Part shown: piece after piece, positions 56,907 to 64,000 of the stretch | How the letters are laid out: every line of letters begins with the position of its first letter | Numbering within the stretch: the stretch's first letter is position 1 | Notes under the pieces: generated by a model | Seen by the model: only the letters and a program-made list of their open reading frames with translations | Databases searched by the model: none | What the model was told of the DNA's origin: nothing | Made by a program: the position numbers and the translations under genes | DNA from: an uncultured Candidatus Saccharibacteria bacterium | Lineage (GTDB): Bacteria; Patescibacteriota; Minisyncoccia; Phycocordibacterales; DATDWN01 | Assembly (NCBI GenBank): GCA_964426735.1 | Contig: CAYRRP010000001.1 | Location: forward strand, 157,226 to 221,225 | Direction: 5' to 3' | Length of the DNA stretch: 64,000 nt

Positions 56907-58805
56907 TTATACCGTAAGCATAGCTAATAGTTTATCTAGTGCAATAGTCGCGACTCCGACTTTGTCATCTGCTGCACCATAATATATATACATCTCACCG
57001 TTTCGTTCTATAATCCCACATGGAAACACTACATGTGACACAACACCTTTTTGCTCATATTCTTCAAGAGGTTCAAAGAATGGTATAGCTGTTCGAGCTC
57101 TCACAATAGTAGGATTTTCAAGATCAAGAAGTACACATCCTACTCGATATGTCGTACTCGATGAGACACCATGATACAACACAAGCCACCCTTCTTTTGT
57201 TTTGATTGCAGGTGTCGATATACCAACCTTTCCTCCATCCCACATCCCTTTTCGTGGAGAAATGATGTCGATACATTCTTTAAGTACGATTTCATCAAGA
57301 CGTAAACTTGGTACAAAATCTGCACACACATGATTGCCAATACGATGGATAATCATATACGCACCACCGATAGGTTCTGGAATAAAGATAGCGTCTTTAT
57401 CAACAATCCCTTCAGGACTAATCGCCCGAGGCATTTCCCATTTGTCCCATGCTTGTGCAAGAAAATCTTGTATTGAAATCGAGGTTACAGCGACTCGAGG
57501 AGTTACACCATTGTAGGCTGTGTACAACATATAGATTGTATCTTCCACTCGTATCAACCGGGGATCTTCACACCCATGAGCACCACCATTTGGATTGAGT
57601 TCAAATGGCGCACGAGGAACATAAATCGGTGCGTCATGTCGATAATCTATCGACAACCCGTCACGTGACGTAGCATACCCGATTGTTGATATATTCCCTT
57701 CTGCAACCGCTCGATACAAAATATGAACAGTACCGTCAATATCAATCGCACCAGGGTTCAGTGTCCCTCCTGCTTCAAATACCATCCCTGGACGCGGAAT
57801 AATAATCGGATTACCAGCATATCGCACAATCGAATCCATATGTGGATTACTGATACTCTTCAGTAAATTTTCCAACGGTATGGTCGCTTTACAACAATGA
57901 GTATCTGATGCTCCATAATAGATAACAAAATTATCTTTTTCTATTTCTGCACCAGTTGGAAATGTAATATGTGCCACTTGTCCGATTTTTTCATAATATG
58001 CTTCAGGTACCATACACGGACCCTTTGTTCTCCCGATCACTTTTCGTGGATTCTCAAGATCAAGTAATACAATTTCAACACCAAATACCGGATTTCCATT
58101 GGTATAATTTTGGACATGTGAATATGCAACAAGCCACCCTTCTTTTGTCTTGACGGGTGTCGAACCGAGTTCCAAATGATCATACTCACTACGCCTCAAA
58201 GAAAGCTTATGTGCATCAAGCGTCTGCACCCACGTGTTCCAATAGGCTTCATTCCAGATATCTTCAACAGTATCAAATTCTGCATAACAAATATCTGAAG
58301 GTGGGATGTCGGTATGATATGACAAGAGTACCGCCACTTTTCCATTTATTTTTTCGGGAAACATAACCATCGCTTTCGCATTAAATGGAGTAACCTTGTG
58401 ACGTTCATCTACAGTTTTTAAGTCTTTAGTGAGTGCAACAGCTACCTTGATGTTATCCGCACCAAACGGCACATCACTCAGCGCTGTATAAAATACATAA
58501 TACGTATCTCCGAGTTTAGTGACTCGAGGATCTTCACATCCATATCGGTCATACGGTTCTTGTGGTGCCACCAACACACTTCGATCTGTATACAACACAC
58601 CATCAGACGACGAAGCACTCCCGATAACCGATACGCTCATATGAGGCTCTCGTAATTCATCTGGTTCTGACATTGCCCGATATACCAAAAATTTCTTATC
58701 ACCATGCTGTACTGGAGACGGATTAAATGCTGCATATGCTTCCCATGGATGTTCTTTCTTCGGAGACAACAGTGGATTGTACTCAAACCGGTTCAATGTA
58801 AACAT
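56907..58805 (-). CDS. tandem double GH130-family glycoside phosphorylase (β-mannoside phosphorylase-like)
   Basis: two YGCEDPRV / HGCEDPRL motifs each within a roughly 300-aa module. Confidence 0.65.
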   Translation of the reverse strand: MFTLNRFEYNPLLSPKKEHPWEAYAAFNPSPVQHGDKKFLVYRAMSEPDELREPHMSVSVIGSASSSDGVLYTDRSVLVAPQEPYDRYGCEDPRVTKLGDTYYVFYTALSDVPFGADNIKVAVALTKDLKTVDERHKVTPFNAKAMVMFPEKINGKVAVLLSYHTDIPPSDICYAEFDTVEDIWNEAYWNTWVQTLDAHKLSLRRSEYDHLELGSTPVKTKEGWLVAYSHVQNYTNGNPVFGVEIVLLDLENPRKVIGRTKGPCMVPEAYYEKIGQVAHITFPTGAEIEKDNFVIYYGASDTHCCKATIPLENLLKSISNPHMDSIVRYAGNPIIIPRPGMVFEAGGTLNPGAIDIDGTVHILYRAVAEGNISTIGYATSRDGLSIDYRHDAPIYVPRAPFELNPNGGAHGCEDPRLIRVEDTIYMLYTAYNGVTPRVAVTSISIQDFLAQAWDKWEMPRAISPEGIVDKDAIFIPEPIGGAYMIIHRIGNHVCADFVPSLRLDEIVLKECIDIISPRKGMWDGGKVGISTPAIKTKEGWLVLYHGVSSSTTYRVGCVLLDLENPTIVRARTAIPFFEPLEEYEQKGVVSHVVFPCGIIERNGEMYIYYGAADDKVGVATIALDKLLAMLTV

Positions 58806-58823
58806 AAAGTAAATAATTAATGA

Positions 58824-59903
58824 TTAAGAACGAAGAGAAGTAAGTAATTCGGATAATGATGTTTGTGCCACGCAAATATGTTTATCTCCTCCACCATAGT
58901 AGACATGCAACACATCCCCTTTCACTACCGCACCGCATGCATACACCACACCTGGTTTCCAGTCATTTTCATACCATTCATCTGAGGTAAGTATTGGCTG
59001 AGCAGATCGTCCAATAATCCGAGTAGGATTATCTAGATCAAGAAGCATTGCTCCAAGCTTATACCGATGATCACCATGACTGCATGCATGGTAGAGCAAC
59101 AACCAACCTTCTTTAGTTTTAATTGGTGGTGGACCAGCTCCACGCATCTGATTATCCCAAAATTCTTCTCTCCCTGGCTGAGGTCCTGGTTTTCGTGGAC
59201 TACTGATTGGGGTCAGTCGTGCATCGAGAGAATCGACATACTCAATCATAACTTCAGGTACAATACTATGTATAATTGCAAATTTTCCATGTATTTTTTC
59301 AGGAAAAAGTACCCAATTTTTATGCACTGCTTTCTCTGGAGAAATGAGAACTGGTTCTGACCAATTCCAACGCTTATGCACAAGATCGTGTTTTAAAATA
59401 GAAATCACACCGATACGGATTGAACCCCAATTATCAAATGCACTAAAGGTTACGTAGATTCGTTCATCAATACAAACCATGCGAGGATCTTCACATCCAC
59501 CAAAACTTCCCCCTGAGGGATACAGGATAGGATCATAACGCTGTGGAGTTAGTGAATATTCCGGATACCCTATTGAAAATACAGGATAATTTTCATGATC
59601 ATCAAAATGTAAACCATCCTTACTTGATGCATATCCAAGACGAGACACTCCATCTCCTCCTACTGCTCGGTAGATAATATGCACTCTTCCATCATCATCA
59701 GTAAATGCGGTAGGGTTAAAGGTTTCTCCTGCTTGCCAATCCACATACGGTCGAGGAGAGAGTAGTGGATTTTTGGAATGTCGTTGTAAGTCAGTATGTT
59801 TTTTATTTTTCTTCTTTTGAAAAGACTCCGGCTTTGTGGTGATATAAAAAAATACAATGATTGTAAGAAAAAGTATGAGTCCGATTGTATAAAAGAAAAT
59901 CAT
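58824..59903 (-). CDS. membrane-anchored GH130-family glycoside phosphorylase
   Basis: GGCEDPRMV motif; N-terminal TM. Confidence 0.65.
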   Translation of the reverse strand: MIFFYTIGLILFLTIIVFFYITTKPESFQKKKNKKHTDLQRHSKNPLLSPRPYVDWQAGETFNPTAFTDDDGRVHIIYRAVGGDGVSRLGYASSKDGLHFDDHENYPVFSIGYPEYSLTPQRYDPILYPSGGSFGGCEDPRMVCIDERIYVTFSAFDNWGSIRIGVISILKHDLVHKRWNWSEPVLISPEKAVHKNWVLFPEKIHGKFAIIHSIVPEVMIEYVDSLDARLTPISSPRKPGPQPGREEFWDNQMRGAGPPPIKTKEGWLLLYHACSHGDHRYKLGAMLLDLDNPTRIIGRSAQPILTSDEWYENDWKPGVVYACGAVVKGDVLHVYYGGGDKHICVAQTSLSELLTSLRS

Positions 59904-59906
59904 ATA

Positions 59907-60263
59907 TTATGTTTGTACACGTCCATATTTATCATCAACTCGCACAATATCATCATCATCAAACTCACCTGTTGATATTTCGAGAAATACAAGTGGAGTA
60001 TGTCCCCCTTCTGCACGATGGTGTATCCCTGCATCGATAGTATACGTATCACCCTCATGAGCTTCAGTACGAACATCACCTACAGTCACAAAACCTGTCC
60101 CTTTTACTATGACCCAAAATTCACTTCGATGTTTATGATGCTGGAGACTGAGCGCTTCACCGGGATTGACTGTAATCATCTTTACAGTACATGAGGTGTT
60201 CCTCACAAACTCATCAAAAAATCCCCATGGTCGCTTATACTGTTGTGGAGAAAGTACGTTCAT
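59907..60263 (-). CDS. cupin-type mannose-6-phosphate isomerase (type II PMI C-terminal-domain-like)
   Basis: RPWGFFDEF...VKMITVNPGEALSLQHHKHRSEFWVIVKGTG. Confidence 0.6.
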   Translation of the reverse strand: MNVLSPQQYKRPWGFFDEFVRNTSCTVKMITVNPGEALSLQHHKHRSEFWVIVKGTGFVTVGDVRTEAHEGDTYTIDAGIHHRAEGGHTPLVFLEISTGEFDDDDIVRVDDKYGRVQT

Positions 60264-60344
60264 AGATGCCTATAGTATAGCTCCAAAAACACAGGTTTAA
60301 ATACTACACCTGTGTATAACTACATAATTCTTTTTTATACAACC

Positions 60345-61298
60345 TTAGTACAATTTTACTCCTATCACTTCCTTCACTTCTTCCATCTTCTTAATTGCTT
60401 TTTCTCGAGCACGTTGACCACCTTCTTTGAGCACATCAAGTACATAGTCCGTATCAGATGCGAGTTGAGCGCGTTTTTCACGCAGCGGTGTAATAAATGC
60501 TTTCAAGTCAACAATGAGAGCTTCTTTAAGAGCTTTATACTTTCCTTTGTTCTCTTCATACAAAGATGCTAATTCTGCCTCTGTTTTGAAAAGCTTATGT
60601 ATTGCGTATACGTTTTCAGGAACATCACCACCTGAATCAGTGACGATAGACATTACTGCTTTTTCTATCTCCGCGTCACTTGCGAAAAGTGGAATCGTGT
60701 TTCCATAACTTTTTGACATTTTTCGTCCATCAATACCCGGAACAACCGCAACTTCAGAAATAATTTTTGCTTCAGGAAGTTTCAAAACATCAGATGCAAA
60801 TACATGATTAAACTTAAGAGCAGTATCACGTGTATATTCAACGTGTTGTTTCTGGTCTTGTCCTACAGGTACTACATCAGTATCGTACAGTAAGATATCA
60901 GCAGCCATAAGCATAGGATAATTAAATGTCCCCACAGAAATCTCTTTATCTTTTGCCTCAGCATCTTTGTATGCATGAGCTCGCATCAAATACGGCATCG
61001 TAGTGATCGTATCAAAAATCCACGCAAGCTCAGTGTGTTCAGGAACATCAGATTGTTTAAAGATGAGTGATTTTTGTGGATCAAGTCCAAGCGCTAAATA
61101 GTCGAGGGCAAGATCAACAATCTGCTGTTTCATTTCTGTTTTATCTTGAGTCAAGTTGAGCGCATGATAATCAGCAATCATATACATTGCAGTATATTCA
61201 TCCTGCATATCTACAAACTGCTTCATTGCACCAAAATAATTACCAATATGTGGTCGTCCTGTTGGTTTTACTCCTGAAAGTAAGATTTTTTTGTTCAT
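60345..61298 (-). CDS. trpS: tryptophan--tRNA ligase
   Basis: KPTGRPHIGNYFGA (HIGH), KMSKS present. Confidence 0.9.
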   Translation of the reverse strand: MNKKILLSGVKPTGRPHIGNYFGAMKQFVDMQDEYTAMYMIADYHALNLTQDKTEMKQQIVDLALDYLALGLDPQKSLIFKQSDVPEHTELAWIFDTITTMPYLMRAHAYKDAEAKDKEISVGTFNYPMLMAADILLYDTDVVPVGQDQKQHVEYTRDTALKFNHVFASDVLKLPEAKIISEVAVVPGIDGRKMSKSYGNTIPLFASDAEIEKAVMSIVTDSGGDVPENVYAIHKLFKTEAELASLYEENKGKYKALKEALIVDLKAFITPLREKRAQLASDTDYVLDVLKEGGQRAREKAIKKMEEVKEVIGVKLY

Positions 61299-61375
61299 AG
61301 AAAAATCATATCATGAATCAATTAAAAATTCATATTGAGCAAGTCGTAAAGCAATAGTATACTAGGTACACTTAT

Positions 61376-63193
61376 ATGATAAAAAACGACTCAACAAAAG
61401 ACAATAATTCATTATCAAACTTTACAGATTTAATAAAAAATTCGTGGCGCATTGGAAAACTTGTATGGGAACAAACTCCTTGGATACTTTTTTTCATGCT
61501 CATATCTACACTCAGCATAGGTGTGTTACCAGTATTTGCATCCCAAGCATTGGGAACTTTAATTGATACGATTATTGAAGCTATTAAACTCAGTTCGATT
61601 GATACCGTATATCCCGCACTCTTTTGGTTTGCAGTATTTACCACACTCCCATCACTGATCCGAGTATTGTACCGTTTCCTTGATCGGCACTTATTTCTTC
61701 GCCTGCAGGATTTTCTGGACATACTCATGCTCAAAAAAAGAGGTTCGTTTGATATCTCTCAATATGAAGACACTACATTTCAAGACAGACTTCAACGTGC
61801 ATTCAATAATGGTAACTATCCTCTCATCGCTGTAGCTGATGGACAGCTTCGCAATCTAGAAATAATCGCGGGAATTATTGTAAGCTCTATAGCTACCATC
61901 GCAATTGATTGGAGAGTATTTCTGATAGTTCTCGTCACTTCAATACCTGAATTTTGGGTAGAAATCAAATACGGCAGCAAGCTCTGGTCAATCAATATGA
62001 AGAACAGTTACGAACAACGTCGCTATCAAGACTTACGACGCTTCTTTACTTCACGTACCTCTGTTATAGACGGTAAACTCAGTCAAGTCGGAGATAAGTT
62101 TTTGCAAGAAATAAAGAAAATTTTGACAGGATTCACTGACGAGCAACTTTCAAGTGAAAGCTGGAAAAGTTCAGCAAAACTTTTTACTAGTGCATTTAGC
62201 ATGATTGGTTTATTTATTGGGACCACCCTTATCGTCCAAGAATCTATAGCCGGAGCAGTGGCTATCGGTACTGTAGTGTTTATGTTTCAAACTTTAAGTC
62301 GTATCAACGGCTGGGCATCAAGTATGCTTTCAAACACTGCTCGTCTACTCGAACGCAACCTATATGTTACAGATATTTTTGGTGTATTAGATGAAAAACC
62401 GACAATGATGCAGCCAGAAAAACCTGTAGCATTTGAACTTTCAAATGCACCAACAATTGTATTTGAAAATGTTTCTTTTGCATACCCATCGGAACCAGGC
62501 AAAACAATTCTAAAAAATATAAATCTCACCATCAAACCTGGAGATAAACTTGGTCTTGTTGGAAACAATGGGTCAGGAAAATCAACAATTGTACGACTTC
62601 TTCTCCGTATCCACGACCCAATCTCTGGAAGAATTACTGTAAACGGAATTGACTTACGAGATATTAATACTGAAGACTGGTGGAAATATTTAGGTGTACT
62701 CTTGCAAGATTTCACTACATACAACTTTACCGTTAAAGAATCTATTGCCGTAAGTGAACAAGGAGAAATTAATCAAGAAAGAATCGAAAAAACTGCTCAA
62801 CAAAGTACAAGTATGAGTTTTATTCAAGATCTAAAAGATACCTATGACCATATGATTGGAGTGGAGTTTGGTGGCATAGAACCATCAAAAGGCCAGCGAC
62901 AAAAACTTGCAATCGCTCGTGCACTCTACAAAGGTACTCGACTACTTGTACTCGATGAACCTACCGCATCAATCGATGCAGAATCAACAAGTACAATCTT
63001 TAGAGAATTAGAAAATCTTGATAAAAATACTTCTGCAATACTTATCTCACACAACTTCGCAACCATAAAAAAAGCTGACATGATTGTGGTATTAAAAGAC
63101 GGAGAAATTATAGAACAAGGTACACACGAAGAACTTCTTAATCTCAAAGGAAACTACGCAGACGCATATCAAAAACAAAAGAGTGAGTTTTAA
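61376..63193 (+). CDS. ABC transporter permease/ATP-binding fusion (exporter type)
   Basis: 6-TM N-terminus, Walker A GNNGSGKST, signature PSKGQRQK (LSGGQ-like), Walker B LLVLDEPTAS. Confidence 0.85.
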   Translation: MIKNDSTKDNNSLSNFTDLIKNSWRIGKLVWEQTPWILFFMLISTLSIGVLPVFASQALGTLIDTIIEAIKLSSIDTVYPALFWFAVFTTLPSLIRVLYRFLDRHLFLRLQDFLDILMLKKRGSFDISQYEDTTFQDRLQRAFNNGNYPLIAVADGQLRNLEIIAGIIVSSIATIAIDWRVFLIVLVTSIPEFWVEIKYGSKLWSINMKNSYEQRRYQDLRRFFTSRTSVIDGKLSQVGDKFLQEIKKILTGFTDEQLSSESWKSSAKLFTSAFSMIGLFIGTTLIVQESIAGAVAIGTVVFMFQTLSRINGWASSMLSNTARLLERNLYVTDIFGVLDEKPTMMQPEKPVAFELSNAPTIVFENVSFAYPSEPGKTILKNINLTIKPGDKLGLVGNNGSGKSTIVRLLLRIHDPISGRITVNGIDLRDINTEDWWKYLGVLLQDFTTYNFTVKESIAVSEQGEINQERIEKTAQQSTSMSFIQDLKDTYDHMIGVEFGGIEPSKGQRQKLAIARALYKGTRLLVLDEPTASIDAESTSTIFRELENLDKNTSAILISHNFATIKKADMIVVLKDGEIIEQGTHEELLNLKGNYADAYQKQKSEF

Positions 63194-63237
63194 TATAAAA
63201 AAATCCGCCGTCATAAAGACGGCGGACAAGATATCGT

Positions 63238-64000
63238 TCACATGCACACATTACTACCATGTTGCATATATTCATTCCATTGTGCCCGAAATTCAGGCGA
63301 ACTGGCGAGTAACTCATTCAACTTACCTACACCCACAATCTTCCCTTTGTCGAACATGTAAATTCGATCAAAGAGAAAAAGAAGATGAAGCCGATGAATT
63401 GACGAGATAATAGTCTTCCCTTTAAAACCATTGAAGATATTCTGATACACTTGCATTTCTGTAGTGCTATCTAGACTACTTGTAGGTTCATCAAGAAGGA
63501 CAATATCCTTACCTTCACACGCAAGGAGCCCGCGAGCAAGTGCAAGACGCTGCTGCTGACCACCTGACAAGTTTACTCCTTTCTCGTTAATCAATGAATC
63601 AAGACCGTTCGGAAGACTTGAAATCACGTCAGTAAAACAAGCCATTTCCGTAAACCGATTGACGACCAACTGATCATAGTCTGCACCCAGTGTGATATTA
63701 CCGAGGATTGTAGTTGAAAATATATCTGGATTTTGCGGCACAAGTGCGATTGCTCGACTGATACCTTCAAAACCTTCTTCGATACGTACCCCATCGACAC
63801 TCAAGTCGAGAGTTTGCGGTGGACACAACCCCCTCATTGCTTTGAGGAAAGTTGTTTTACCACTTCCACTTCCACCCACGAAAGCAATCTTCGCTCCTCG
63901 AGCAATTGAAAGTGACACATCATCAAGATGCATGTCCCCTTCTTCGCCATGGTAAGAGAAGGATAGATTGTTGATGTCTAACTTCTGCCACCCTGCAGGC
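63238..64000 (-). CDS. ABC transporter ATP-binding domain (C-terminal part; gene continues beyond window end)
   Basis: Walker A GGSGSGKTT, LSGGQQQR, ILLDEPTSSLD; frame open to 64000. Confidence 0.8.
   Translation of the reverse strand, partial: PAGWQKLDINNLSFSYHGEEGDMHLDDVSLSIARGAKIAFVGGSGSGKTTFLKAMRGLCPPQTLDLSVDGVRIEEGFEGISRAIALVPQNPDIFSTTILGNITLGADYDQLVVNRFTEMACFTDVISSLPNGLDSLINEKGVNLSGGQQQRLALARGLLACEGKDIVLLDEPTSSLDSTTEMQVYQNIFNGFKGKTIISSIHRLHLLFLFDRIYMFDKGKIVGVGKLNELLASSPEFRAQWNEYMQHGSNVCM

Noticed and set aside
1-64000. tRNA, rRNA and CRISPR search
   Set aside because: No GGTTCGAATCC-type T-loops with matching acceptor stems, no rRNA-like conserved blocks, no regularly spaced direct repeats with unique spacers. 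The only tandem repeats are short (14 bp x3, 66 bp x3) and have coding or spacer contexts unlike CRISPR.

Overview
This is a low-GC (about 38%), gene-dense bacterial chromosomal window. Several genes lack Shine-Dalgarno sequences, which fits a small-genome bacterium (possibly a CPR/Patescibacteria-like organism; this is inference only).

Core content: the 3' part of alaS; a ribosomal/RNAP block infA-rpmJ-rpsM-rpsK-rpsD-rpoA-rplQ-rplM-rpsI (rpmJ is missing from the ORF track; I read it directly from the sequence); grpE-dnaK-dnaJ with unusually long spacers; gltX; a cell-wall cluster murG-ftsW-mraY without murD; asnB; dacA-scpB-scpA; a class IIb Asp/Asn-tRNA ligase; trpS; and two ABC exporters, the last one running off the window.

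Accessory content dominates the middle of the window:
1. A tandemly duplicated two-gene cassette (small membrane-anchored protein plus giant Cys-rich secreted protein with PA14, Ig-like and InlB-B-repeat-like domains) sharing a 425-bp identical block. This looks like a variable surface-adhesin system.
2. GC-rich (about 55%) independently transcribed secreted or membrane mini-genes that look horizontally acquired.
3. A very AT-rich island carrying a Sau3AI/MutH-like endonuclease with its cognate C5-cytosine methyltransferase, RadC, Zn-ribbon proteins, an EEP nuclease/phosphatase and a DUF45 metallohydrolase.
4. A higher-GC block with an IMPase-family gene and three tandem, separately promoted and terminated genes of about 185 aa that look like diverged paralogues of unknown function.
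5. A mannoside-phosphorylase cluster (GH130 x3, PMM-like, PMI-like).

Non-coding signals: five copies of a 21-bp REP-like palindrome (around the dnaK promoter and upstream of scpA); two copies of a roughly 101-bp element with terminal inverted repeats (TIRs) that exactly fills stop-to-start gaps upstream of murG and the Asp/Asn-tRNA ligase; a roughly 265-nt candidate ncRNA with its own promoter and terminator; and a 219-nt structured leader ahead of a small ORF.

I found no tRNA, rRNA or CRISPR array.
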